The notes under the pieces were generated by a model that saw only the letters and a program-made list of their open reading frames with translations, had not been told where the DNA came from and made no database searches. From contig DUKY01000020.1 of NCBI GenBank assembly GCA_013329055.1, positions 54,989-118,988 of the forward strand: a DNA stretch of 64,000 nucleotides, written 5' to 3'. This document shows positions 26,512 to 35,459 of the stretch, piece after piece. How positions within the stretch are numbered: position 1 is the stretch's first letter; each line of letters starts with the position of its first letter. The stretch comes from Nanobdellota archaeon. GTDB taxonomy: Archaea > Nanobdellota > Nanobdellia > Pacearchaeales > GW2011-AR1. The position numbers and the translations under genes are program-made.

Positions 26512-26766
26512 TTAACCTCCTAAAATAAATGTTTTAATTACTATGAATCCGTCAACGATTGATCCTAAAATTCCGATTTCTAATATGGTTAAACTTATCC
26601 ATTCTGGTTTTTTATTTTTTTTTAGCATATAAATTCCAAGTCCGATTAAATATAAAAACATAACGAATCCAAATATATCAAAAAATTCCGGGGAGTTTCC
26701 TTGATAAATTAATAAAATTGTTAAAATTATTGCAAATATTCCTACTGCGATTATCACCTTTTTCAT
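26512..26766 (-). CDS. small membrane protein (3 TM)
   Basis: The ORF is hydrophobic and lies 1 nt upstream of the histone-fold gene. Confidence 0.45.
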   Translation of the reverse strand: MKKVIIAVGIFAIILTILLIYQGNSPEFFDIFGFVMFLYLIGLGIYMLKKNKKPEWISLTILEIGILGSIVDGFIVIKTFILGG

Positions 26767-26773
26767 TTAATAT

Positions 26774-28246
26774 TTATTTCTTCTTTGTTTCTTTTTTATT
26801 TAACACTTCGGGTTTCATCAATGGGAAAATAACACATTCTCTTAATGGTTTATTCATTAATATTCCGAATAATCTTTCTGAAACTCCAAACCCGCATGTT
26901 GGTGGCATTCCATGTTTTAATGCTTCAATAAATTCTTTGTCATGTTCCTGAGCTTCTGTGTCTCCTGCATTCTTTAACTTCATTTGTTCTTCAAATCTTT
27001 TTTCCTGATCAAATGGATCGTTAAGTTCTGAATAACCTTTTCCAACCTCTGTTCCTGCAATGATTACCTGAAATTCCTGAACTTTTTCAGGATTATCTGT
27101 CTCTCTTTTAGCAAGTGGTTCAATGCCAACAGGATGACCAACTAAAAAACCAGGTCCTGCAATTTTTTTTCTGCAATATTTCCATAAACTATCAACAAGT
27201 TTCCATCGTCCTGCATTTTTTTCACACTCCAGATTTAATTCTTTAATTTTTTTAAGCATATCTTCTACGCTTGCAGAGAAGATATTAATTCCTGTATATT
27301 TTTTGACTGTTTCTTCATAGTCATATAACTCCCATTTATTGTTTAAATCAAATTCATAATCTCCAGACTTAAATTTTGTTGTTCCAAATACCTCTTTGGC
27401 GATTTTTTTGTACATCTCTTGGATTAATTTCATTCCGTCTTTGTAATCTGCATATGCCCAATAAAATTCCATCTGTGTGTAATCCTGCAAGTGTTCAGCA
27501 TCCATTCCTTCATTTCTAAATTGTCGTCCGATTTCAAATGTTTTATCAAGTCCTGCAACCATTAATTTTTTTTGCCAAAGTTCTCCCATTGATATTCTTA
27601 AATAAACATCTGTGTCAAGTGCATTATGATGTGTTTTAAATGGTGTAGCTGTTGCTCCTCCGGCACTTGTTTCTAATATTGGTGTTTCAACTTCTAAAAA
27701 TCCTTTTTCAATAAGTAATGTTCGAATGATATTCCAGAATTTTTGTTTTTTGATAAACATTTCTTTTACTTCCGGATTCATTAAAATGTCTAAATATCTT
27801 TTTCTTAATTTTTCTTCTTCGTCCTGAATTCCATGGAATTTTTCTGGTAATGGTAAAATTGATTTTGTTATGAGTTTTATGTCTTCTACTAAAATTGAAA
27901 TTTGGTCTGTTTTTGTTTTGAAAACTTTTCCGTCAACTTGTATAAAATCTCCTGAGTCAATATATTTTTTCATGAATTGTTTGACTTCTTCTTTTGTTTC
28001 TCCTGTTTGGAAAACTAATTGAATCTCTCCTGTTCCATCTTTTAAATTTGCAAATCCTATTTGGCCAAAATCTCTTTTGGTCATTACTCTTCCGGCTGTT
28101 TTTATTGTTGTTCCAATTTTTGAGTTTAAGCATTCAAGGCATGTTTGTTTTTTATCAACTTTTGAAGGATAAGTTTCAATTCCTTGTTCTTGCAATTCTT
28201 TTAGTTTCTTTAATCTTTCATCTATTATTTGTTGTTCTCTTCCCAT
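26774..28246 (-). CDS. lysS: lysyl-tRNA synthetase, class II
   Basis: It has an N-terminal OB fold. Motifs are GFLEVETPIL, GGATATPFKTHHNALD, FEIGRQFRNEGMD and GMPPTCGFGVSERL. Confidence 0.92.
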   Translation of the reverse strand: MGREQQIIDERLKKLKELQEQGIETYPSKVDKKQTCLECLNSKIGTTIKTAGRVMTKRDFGQIGFANLKDGTGEIQLVFQTGETKEEVKQFMKKYIDSGDFIQVDGKVFKTKTDQISILVEDIKLITKSILPLPEKFHGIQDEEEKLRKRYLDILMNPEVKEMFIKKQKFWNIIRTLLIEKGFLEVETPILETSAGGATATPFKTHHNALDTDVYLRISMGELWQKKLMVAGLDKTFEIGRQFRNEGMDAEHLQDYTQMEFYWAYADYKDGMKLIQEMYKKIAKEVFGTTKFKSGDYEFDLNNKWELYDYEETVKKYTGINIFSASVEDMLKKIKELNLECEKNAGRWKLVDSLWKYCRKKIAGPGFLVGHPVGIEPLAKRETDNPEKVQEFQVIIAGTEVGKGYSELNDPFDQEKRFEEQMKLKNAGDTEAQEHDKEFIEALKHGMPPTCGFGVSERLFGILMNKPLRECVIFPLMKPEVLNKKETKKK

Positions 28247-28277
28247 GTTGAATAAAAAAGAAATTGTGTTTAAATAA

Positions 28278-28697
28278 TTATTTATTGTTTTTATACCCTG
28301 AATTATCCAGTTCTTGGTTTAATAATTCGTCTGCGAGTTGTTGGTATTTGTCCCATCTGCTTACGTGTTTATATTCTACAACTTTGAAATTTTCCTGTAA
28401 TTTTTGGACTTTTAAAAATAATTCCATTAATTTTGGGTTTTTTACTTTATATTCTCCTAATAATTGTTTTACTACTAATTCAGAATCTAATATGCAGGTT
28501 ATTTTGTCTTGAGTAAATTGTGAGCCTAATTCTAATGCTTTGATTAATCCTTCATATTCGGCGATATTGTTTGTTACATAGTTCCCAACTATTGAGCTAT
28601 GTTTTGTTAAAATTTTATCTTCGTCTCTAACGATTACTCCTATTGCTCCTGGTCCGGGGTTTCCTCTTGCTCCTCCATCAGAATTTGTGTAAATCAT
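28278..28697 (-). CDS. rnhA: ribonuclease HI
   Basis: Motifs are YTNSDGGARGNPGPGAIGVIV, NNIAEYEGLIKALE and ILDSELVVKQL (DED... catalytic pattern). Confidence 0.85.
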   Translation of the reverse strand: MIYTNSDGGARGNPGPGAIGVIVRDEDKILTKHSSIVGNYVTNNIAEYEGLIKALELGSQFTQDKITCILDSELVVKQLLGEYKVKNPKLMELFLKVQKLQENFKVVEYKHVSRWDKYQQLADELLNQELDNSGYKNNK

Positions 28698-28858
28698 GGC
28701 TTAAAAAATTTAAAGAATTATATAAATCTTAGTTTGTTTTTTTAAGTGGTGAAATAGTTTAAAAATGTAAAATTTTGAATTAAGGATAACTAAGAGAGTG
28801 AAAAAATTGATTCTTTTAATGCATATATGCTTAAATAATAGAATGCCAAGATTATTTT

Positions 28859-29257
28859 ATGGCAGAGCATTTGGACTATATACAAAATGCAATCAATCGT
28901 ATGGCAAATAATTCTTTTTTAATTAAAGGTTGGGCTATAACCTTCATATCGTTACTATTTATTCTTTCTGTAAAAGAGTCAAATATTTGGTATTTGATTT
29001 TAACATTTTTACCTCTATTCTGTTTTTGGGGATTAGATGCTTACTATTTAAGACAGGAAAAGTTATTTAGAAAATTATATGACCTTGTAAGAAAAGGCAA
29101 AGTAAAAGAACCATTTACAATGAACACCAAACCATTAAGAAAATATGTTCCAAGTTGGTTTGTGACTTTATTTAATTCAACAATTGTAGGATTATATTTC
29201 ACAATAATATTATTAAACTTGATTCTTATCTTGCTTTTATCATGGGGGATCATATAA
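28859..29257 (+). CDS. small 3-TM membrane protein (first gene of the TIR-like cassette)
   Basis: The hydrophobic helices are WAITFISLLFILSV, WYLILTFLPLFCFWGL and IVGLYFTIILLNLILILLLSW. A TATA-like gcttaaataata lies about 25 nt upstream. The stop codon overlaps the next start (TAATG). Confidence 0.6.
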   Translation: MAEHLDYIQNAINRMANNSFLIKGWAITFISLLFILSVKESNIWYLILTFLPLFCFWGLDAYYLRQEKLFRKLYDLVRKGKVKEPFTMNTKPLRKYVPSWFVTLFNSTIVGLYFTIILLNLILILLLSWGII

Positions 29258-29745
29258 TGGTAAGGAGAGTATTTTTTAGTTTTCATTTTGATAACGATGT
29301 TATGAGAGTTCAATTAGTAAGAAATATGGGTGCCTTAGAGGGTAATGAACCTATATCTGTGAATGATTGGGAAACGGTAAAGAGGGGAGAAGAACCATCT
29401 ATTAAGAGGTGGATTGAAAATACTATGAAAGATTGTGATTGTATTATTGTTTTAATTGGTTCAGAAACTGCAAACCGACCTTGGGTTGATTATGAGATTA
29501 GAAAAGCTTGGGAAATGAAGAAAGGAATTTTAGGGATATATATACATAACTTACCATGTCCAAGAACAGGAAAAAGTCACAAAGGACTAAACCCTTTTGA
29601 CAAAATATTTTTTACAGATGGAACTCCCTTATCTTCAAAAATAAAATGTTATGACCCAAATCCTTTAGATGCTTATAACGATATAAAAACTGGAATTCAG
29701 AGAATTGTTGAATTAGCAATACAAGAAGCAAAGCAAAGAAATTAG
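29257..29745 (+). CDS. TIR-like domain protein (DUF1863 / MTH538-type)
   Basis: RVFFSFHFDND is the beta1 motif, and CDCIIVLIGSETANRPWVDYEIRKAWE contains the conserved W-x-x-E. The ATG at 29257 overlaps the upstream TAA. The ORF track offers 29242 as an alternative start. Confidence 0.7.
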   Translation: MVRRVFFSFHFDNDVMRVQLVRNMGALEGNEPISVNDWETVKRGEEPSIKRWIENTMKDCDCIIVLIGSETANRPWVDYEIRKAWEMKKGILGIYIHNLPCPRTGKSHKGLNPFDKIFFTDGTPLSSKIKCYDPNPLDAYNDIKTGIQRIVELAIQEAKQRN

Positions 29746-29779
29746 ATATTTTTATTAAGTTTGCCTTAGTCAGTTTTTT

Positions 29780-30382
29780 ATGATAAGTTTTGATAGTATC
29801 TACGAAAATATTATTGCAGAAATAGTTGTATTCTTATTATCTCTTTTCCTATCAAAATTTTTGCCTACTTTGTTTAATAAAGAAGAAAATATAAATAAAG
29901 ACAAGGTATTTGATATGTTGAAATTAGTTATTTTTTTAACATCTATTTCAATCCTTAATTTAATATTAAATATCAGTTTTTGGGATAAACAAGAATTAAC
30001 TGTCCTATTCACTCTGCTCTCTATAGGATTTGGAATATCTTTGGTTTATGTTTATAATAATCAATGTCCTGCGTGTAAAAGGTTTATTAAAGCAAAGAAA
30101 AGAATTGATGAGAAAATTATTAAAGAATTTATTAAAGAAATCCCATATCAACCAATGAAAGTTTGGAAATATTCTAATGGAAAGATTAAGAAAAAAGAAC
30201 CATTTGGTGATAAAAAAACAAGGACTGAAAAATGGCAAACTAAGCAAGAATTTTATGAGTGTAATCATTGCAAACACCAATGGGATTCGGGGCATGTTGA
30301 TACCCCCGTATTTATAGAAAATGAATCTCACAAGGTAATAAGCACAAATGAAAAAGATCCAGATGAACCATCAATTTATTAG
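29780..30382 (+). CDS. membrane protein (about 3 TM) with a C-terminal CxxC...CxxC zinc-ribbon
   Basis: The TM stretches are IIAEIVVFLLSLFLSKFL, LVIFLTSISILNLILNI and LFTLLSIGFGISLVYVY. The zinc-ribbon cysteines are in CPACKRF...CNHCKHQW. It lies 34 nt downstream of the TIR-like gene. Confidence 0.5.
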   Translation: MISFDSIYENIIAEIVVFLLSLFLSKFLPTLFNKEENINKDKVFDMLKLVIFLTSISILNLILNISFWDKQELTVLFTLLSIGFGISLVYVYNNQCPACKRFIKAKKRIDEKIIKEFIKEIPYQPMKVWKYSNGKIKKKEPFGDKKTRTEKWQTKQEFYECNHCKHQWDSGHVDTPVFIENESHKVISTNEKDPDEPSIY

Positions 30383-30487
30383 TGTTGTCGGTTAAAAATA
30401 ACCCCCCATGCTTATAAGTTATTTTTCGGGCTAAGTCAATTAGTAAACAAAAAAGTTTTATAAATAATATTTTTATTGTGTTTTTTA

Positions 30488-31252
30488 ATGAAAAATAAAA
30501 AAATCGATAAGACTTTAGAATTTGCTATAATTGCTGAAGAAATTTATAGGAATCAACAGGGGGTTGATTTAGGTGAAGTACATTATTGTTTTGAGGGTTT
30601 ATATGGTATGAAAGGAGAATCTGGGATGGTTTTACCTTCAAAAGAAGTATTGGAATCTGTTCTTAAAAGAGATTGGTTTTCTTTGAAAGATAAAATCTTT
30701 TATACTTCACAAGGGGATGAAGTTATAAGTAAGAATGATAGTTTTATGCAAAAACCTGTGATGTTTTTGCCATGGAATGATCATGGAAAAGTTGTTGTTG
30801 TGCATGAATTGTCTCATGTTGGTTTTATGAAATTATGGCATTTTAATTATACTCTTGATGAAAGAGATGAGGGTTATAATGCTTTGAAAATTCATATTAC
30901 TCTTGATGAGGGTGTTGGGATGAAAATACCTGAATTAGAAGTTTTTAGCAAATATTATTCTAATGAAGAAATGCAAGAGGTTAGGGATACTCAATTGGAA
31001 TATAATGAAAGTAATGAATCATCTTATTTTATTGGTTCTTTAAATGCATGGAAAAATAATATTGGTGATAAATCTGGTAGAATTGATTTTAATAATGGTG
31101 TATGCTTTTATTATGTTGGTAATAATTTTATCCAAAATGTTTGGCAAGAAAAAGATACTTTGGCATCAATAGTTACTCGGCTTAGAGATAATACTCCGAG
31201 TGAAGATGAAATTTTAAATCCTGAGAAATATTTAGTAAGATTAAAAATTTAA
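30488..31252 (+). CDS. hypothetical protein with an HExxH motif (putative metallopeptidase-like)
   Basis: The motif is VVVHELSHVGF. I prefer the ATG at 30488 to the TTG at 30476 because ttttataaata is centred about 28 nt upstream of 30488. Confidence 0.45.
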   Translation: MKNKKIDKTLEFAIIAEEIYRNQQGVDLGEVHYCFEGLYGMKGESGMVLPSKEVLESVLKRDWFSLKDKIFYTSQGDEVISKNDSFMQKPVMFLPWNDHGKVVVVHELSHVGFMKLWHFNYTLDERDEGYNALKIHITLDEGVGMKIPELEVFSKYYSNEEMQEVRDTQLEYNESNESSYFIGSLNAWKNNIGDKSGRIDFNNGVCFYYVGNNFIQNVWQEKDTLASIVTRLRDNTPSEDEILNPEKYLVRLKI

Positions 31253-31524
31253 AAGTGTAAAATTTTGAAATTTTTGACGTCTTGATATTTTTCTGGTTTT
31301 ATTTCAATATTCCTTATTTGAGCGTGTTTTGGTCCTTTTTGGCATAATTCAATCATTTTGTTTACGTCATTTGCATCTCCTTCTGCGAATATTTCAATTC
31401 TTCCGTCTTCTAAGTTTCGTGTAAATCCTTTTATGTTTAATCTTTCAGCTTGTTCTTTTATAAAATCTCTAAAAAAAACTCCCTGAACTGTTCCTGTTAT
31501 ATATATTCTTACTGATTTTTTCAT
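31249..31524 (-). CDS. acyP: acylphosphatase
   Basis: The motif is VRIYITGTVQGVFFRDFIKEQAERLNIKGFTRNLEDGRIEIFAEG, and the protein is 91 aa. Confidence 0.85.
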   Translation of the reverse strand: MKKSVRIYITGTVQGVFFRDFIKEQAERLNIKGFTRNLEDGRIEIFAEGDANDVNKMIELCQKGPKHAQIRNIEIKPEKYQDVKNFKILHF

Positions 31525-31685
31525 TTTTTAAATTAAAATTAAAATTTATATTGGTAAACCCTCTTATTTAATGGAAAGAATGTTGCTTTATTATCTTTTG
31601 GGTTTGATGTCATTAAAATCTTCTGATAAATCTACTTTTTTCAAACTTCTTCAAATTATGGAATGGTGATATCTTGTTGAGTTTT

Positions 31686-32050
31686 GAAATTGTTTTTAAG
31701 ATTTAACTAAAAAGAACCCTCTGGTTCTTTTTGAATCTCCTCAAAATATTGAAAGGTGGCATCTCTTTGAGCCTTTGTGGATGCCACGTGGAAATCCCTG
31801 AATTTCTTTGTTTGAATCTTAATGCCCCACATTCTCGTAACCTCGCACGAAACTTTGTGGGTTATCGTTTCTACCACGAAGTTACTCGCCCCAAAATTAT
31901 TAAAATAATAATTTGCCTTTAGGTCGTTAAAATCTTATTGTTGGTATGCTTTTTTTTATAGTTTCTATTATGAATTTAATTGCCTTTTGTACAATTATTA
32001 AAGTATAATTTGTATTAAGCAATTAAAATCTATTGTTAGTATGCTTTTTT
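31686..32050. repeat. composite family-A repeat block with an inserted hairpin module and two tandem right arms
   Basis: The left arm is gaaattgtttttaagatttaac. The inserted modules are aaaaagaaccctctggttcttttt and gtggcatc...gatgccac. An intact cgcacgaaactttgtgg...ccacgaagtt module is present, and two ...attgttggtatgctttttt arms follow. Confidence 0.8.
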
Positions 32051-32103
32051 ATTAATAATTTTATCACCAAAAAGATAATAAATACCTATTTTTTGATAAT
32101 TTT

Positions 32104-32973
32104 ATGAAACGTCGGATTGTTTTGATCGGGGTTCCTAGTAATCTTGGTGTTGATATTTCCGGTAGTAATTTTGGTCCTGATAAAATAAGGCAATTTTTAA
32201 TTCCTGAATTAGAAAAAAATAATATTAATTTTGTTGATTTAGGTAATCTTTTTGTTCCTGAAAAAAATTTTTTAGGTGATTCTAATGAAAAGTTAAAAAA
32301 TTTAATTTCTATACAAAGAGTTTATCGGAATTTTTCAAGATTGCCTGAAAATTTTTTTGAAAAACCTAATTTCCCGATAATTCTTGGCGGGGACCATAGT
32401 ATTATTTTTGGGCATATTAAAGAATTAACTAAGAAAAAAAATGCGGGGTTAATTTGGTTAGATGCTCATGGTGATTTTAATGATGAATCTACAACTGTTA
32501 CCGGAAATATTCATGGTATGGTTTTAGGTGCTATTGCCGGAAATTCCTTAAAAAAATATTTTGATGTTGATAAGTCTTTGATTAAAGAAAAAAATATTTC
32601 AATTTTAGGGGCAAGAGATTTAGATTTGAATGAAATTTTTTTATTGAAAAATTCAGATGTTATGGTTATTTCTACTGAAAAATTAAAAGAAAATAAAATG
32701 GAGTATATTTCAAAAGCTATTAATCGTGCTAATGATGAAACGAGTGGTTATCATGTTAGTTTTGATCTTGATCTTGTTGATCCTCTTGATGCTCCGGGTG
32801 TTTCTGTTCCTGTGAATGAAGGTATTTCTAAGGAAGAATTTTCAAATATTGTTGATTTAATTGATACTGATAAATTATTGTCTGTTGATTTTGTTGAGTT
32901 AAATCCTTTAAATGATATTGATGATAAGACTGCTAAGTTGATTGTGGATTCTATTTTGAAGTTGTGTAAGTGA
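32104..32973 (+). CDS. arginase-family ureohydrolase (arginase/agmatinase)
   Basis: The Mn-binding motifs are GGDHSI, WLDAHGDFND, TGNIHGM and SFDLDLVDP. Confidence 0.82.
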   Translation: MKRRIVLIGVPSNLGVDISGSNFGPDKIRQFLIPELEKNNINFVDLGNLFVPEKNFLGDSNEKLKNLISIQRVYRNFSRLPENFFEKPNFPIILGGDHSIIFGHIKELTKKKNAGLIWLDAHGDFNDESTTVTGNIHGMVLGAIAGNSLKKYFDVDKSLIKEKNISILGARDLDLNEIFLLKNSDVMVISTEKLKENKMEYISKAINRANDETSGYHVSFDLDLVDPLDAPGVSVPVNEGISKEEFSNIVDLIDTDKLLSVDFVELNPLNDIDDKTAKLIVDSILKLCK

Positions 32974-33303
32974 ATTTTGTTTCTTTTTGGCTAAAATCTA
33001 CAATTTGATTTCTTATGTAGCGCCCACTACATGGCGAAATAAAATTATAACATTTTATCTCAAAAATAATTCAAAATTTTTTGGGGTTTTGAAATGTCTT
33101 CTTTACTAACTTTTTATATTTTATTTTTGAGGAGAATTTTTTTGGGGGTGGTCGGGGGTTTAAGGCTTCCCAGTAATTGAGTTGAAAATCGGGATTAAGA
33201 GAAGTTGTTTAAGTTCGGAGTGTAGCGTGGCTTGAGTTTAAAAAAGGGTGATTATATCAAGTTCTTTGTTTCTTTTTAGATACATATGTATCTATATTGA
33301 TAC

Positions 33304-33319
33304 GAGGGGAACACTCACG
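33304..33319. repeat. left copy of the inverted repeat bracketing the higher-GC island
   Basis: gaggggaacactcacg here; the reverse complement of 35460-35474 is gggggcacactcacg. Confidence 0.5.
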
Positions 33320-33385
33320 TAAATAAGTGAAGTATGAGCTCTTAACTTTTGTTGAATTCAATAAACATCATGTTGTTAAAAAGCA

Positions 33386-34597
33386 TTACTTCATATGTGC
33401 CAAAATATCGCCAAAGATTAAATTCTGCTGTGCTCTATATTTCCTCACTGCAAGGCCGATGGTCTGCTCGTTCGAGAAGGCTTTATTCATCCTTTTTCCC
33501 TCACTGTTAGTGCCGAATCCGGCATAGTATGCCCATGTTCCGGTGTCCATGAACGCCTGCGGCCAACAGCAGTAATCGGTCCTGTTCATTGGCGATTTGA
33601 TTATCAAGTCCCCGCAAGAAAAGCCTGACATGAACAGTGCGGGTGCACCATTTTCTCTTGCGAACTCAAGGTACTCGTCAATAGTAGACCAGTAAGGCTG
33701 AGTATGTTTTGCTGATAGGAACGCTGGACCGCCAAGCCTTTCAAGCTGTTGTTTACCAATGATGCTCAGGGACATATCTCTTCCGGTGGTATCATCCCCG
33801 TGGATGCTGAAGTGCATAGCGAGGTGCTTCTTTTTCAGCTTATCGGTAACCTTCTGGTATTCGGTGTTATAGACATATTCCTGCGGCATGTCATAACCGA
33901 GACCCTCCTTCGGGTCCGCAAGACCTATGTACTTTCCATTTTCACTTCCCTCGTAGTCAGTTAAGTGAAGGGCAGTTCTGGGATACTTCTTCATGTAACT
34001 TTCAAAGTTGTTGTGGTAGTCTGTGTAGGTCTCCATCGTCTTGAGGATGAAGCTAACCTTTTCAGGATCAGTATAGGCGAATGGTGGCATTATTGATGAG
34101 ATTGCTATGTCACTGCACCTGCAACAGCCACAGTCCTCGTCCACACACTCCATTTTCCAGTATATTGCCGCAAGGCTTTCCCAGTTTGTTGCATTGACCC
34201 CGCTTGCTGTCGGCAGGTCATCTCCTATCAGGATTATATAGGCAACATTGTCATCCATGTATAAATCATCAACGAATTTGTCTAATTCATCTATTGTCTT
34301 CCCTGGAAACTTTTTCAGCCCTGCATTCTCGATGTTTAGGTCCTTCTTTACAGATGTGAAATATTTCGAAACCGATGAAGCGACATCATCAGTATCATAA
34401 ATTCCGCCTTTTGAAACAATAATTGTCACTCTATCCTTTTCCACATTCACAGAACAATAGCAGGGATGCTCTGGAGATACAATGGAAGTAATCCAACATA
34501 CAGTGAAGCTTGCTTGTGAGAAAACCAGCATTATGGTTATAACGATGATTATGGCAACCCAAAATTTTTTTCTTTTGAGCAATTCTGGGATTTTCAT
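33386..34597 (-). CDS. membrane-anchored clan-CD (caspase/gingipain-fold)-like cysteine peptidase
   Basis: It has an N-terminal TM. A candidate His-Cys dyad follows hydrophobic strands: LAMHFSIHGDD and ALFMSGFSCGDL, about 60 residues apart. The fold assignment was made by eye. Confidence 0.45.
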   Translation of the reverse strand: MKIPELLKRKKFWVAIIIVITIMLVFSQASFTVCWITSIVSPEHPCYCSVNVEKDRVTIIVSKGGIYDTDDVASSVSKYFTSVKKDLNIENAGLKKFPGKTIDELDKFVDDLYMDDNVAYIILIGDDLPTASGVNATNWESLAAIYWKMECVDEDCGCCRCSDIAISSIMPPFAYTDPEKVSFILKTMETYTDYHNNFESYMKKYPRTALHLTDYEGSENGKYIGLADPKEGLGYDMPQEYVYNTEYQKVTDKLKKKHLAMHFSIHGDDTTGRDMSLSIIGKQQLERLGGPAFLSAKHTQPYWSTIDEYLEFARENGAPALFMSGFSCGDLIIKSPMNRTDYCCWPQAFMDTGTWAYYAGFGTNSEGKRMNKAFSNEQTIGLAVRKYRAQQNLIFGDILAHMK

Positions 34598-35397
34598 GTT
34601 TTAGTCCCTATTTTCATATCTGCGACAGTATCACGACATGTTTCCTTAATTTTAGGGATTTCAATCATTTCGCAGATAGATTCATCTCCTTTCATTGAGG
34701 CAACTTCTGAATAGCAAGATGCCCGAATTTCTATATCTAGAATTTCTCTGCATATCTGAGGGTCAAGCTTGTTCCATGCAATATATCTATAACAGTGGTC
34801 CTTGTAAGATTCAATGGAAATTTTGTTGCATATTGAAGTGTCGTTTTCTATATTTGCGATCTTGCTATAGCACCAGTCTCTCGGATAGACATTTTCGATT
34901 TCATTACAGATGAACATATGCTTGCGTGAAATGTTAATAGGGAATTTTATCTCGCCTAAGACAATGTCTAAGAAGTATACCTCTATGCTGTGACCAACCA
35001 TACCCTTAGTTTCTGAGTCATATTTTTCATACTGGAATTTTGCCCGTAATTCTGGATTTCGTAACTTTTCATAGACTGTAGGATCCTCGGGAGCTGCTGC
35101 AATCACCGCTTTCATACATTCACTGATGCGGTAATCACTAGGCATTCCGCTTACGCAAAGAACAGGATCATGTCTTGCTACAGCAATTTCTTGCTGACAG
35201 GATGCTCTTTCATAGGGATTTTGAATCTGCATGCATGCAGGATTCACAGTTTCCCAAGCGGACTTGGAACAGGTTATTGATGTGGAACATTGGATACGGT
35301 AAATCAATGTCGGCATATTATAAATAAATATAATAATAACAACCAGAATTATTAAAAAAATAATCCAAAAGATATTTTTTGGATATTTATTTGTCAT
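34594..35397 (-). CDS. membrane-anchored cysteine-rich repeat protein
   Basis: It has an N-terminal TM (IFWIIFLIILVVIIIFIY). C-x(n)-C spacings repeat (DPVLCV...ISECM, DTSICNKI...DHCYRYIA, DPQICREI...ASCYSEVA, DESICEMI...ETCRD). It overlaps the downstream gene by 4 nt. Confidence 0.55.
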   Translation of the reverse strand: MTNKYPKNIFWIIFLIILVVIIIFIYNMPTLIYRIQCSTSITCSKSAWETVNPACMQIQNPYERASCQQEIAVARHDPVLCVSGMPSDYRISECMKAVIAAAPEDPTVYEKLRNPELRAKFQYEKYDSETKGMVGHSIEVYFLDIVLGEIKFPINISRKHMFICNEIENVYPRDWCYSKIANIENDTSICNKISIESYKDHCYRYIAWNKLDPQICREILDIEIRASCYSEVASMKGDESICEMIEIPKIKETCRDTVADMKIGTKT

Positions 35398-35459
35398 TAT
35401 CCAGATTACAGTTTAACAAGTTTATTAATATTACTATCCCTTCTTGAGTGTAGTTCAAT

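Noticed and set aside
29044-30331. Minus-strand ORFs 29044..29313, 29800..30012 and 30005..30331 opposite the TIR-like cassette
   Set aside because: They are antisense shadows. The plus-strand genes have coupled start and stop codons, a promoter-like box and recognisable motifs.
31731-31922. 63-aa ORF in the 31.7-kb repeat block; likewise the 67-aa ORF at 36139..36342
   Set aside because: Both are composed of repeat-module sequence, including the 9-bp tandem repeat that yields RINRINRIN, and neither has a promoter-like box. I consider them spurious.
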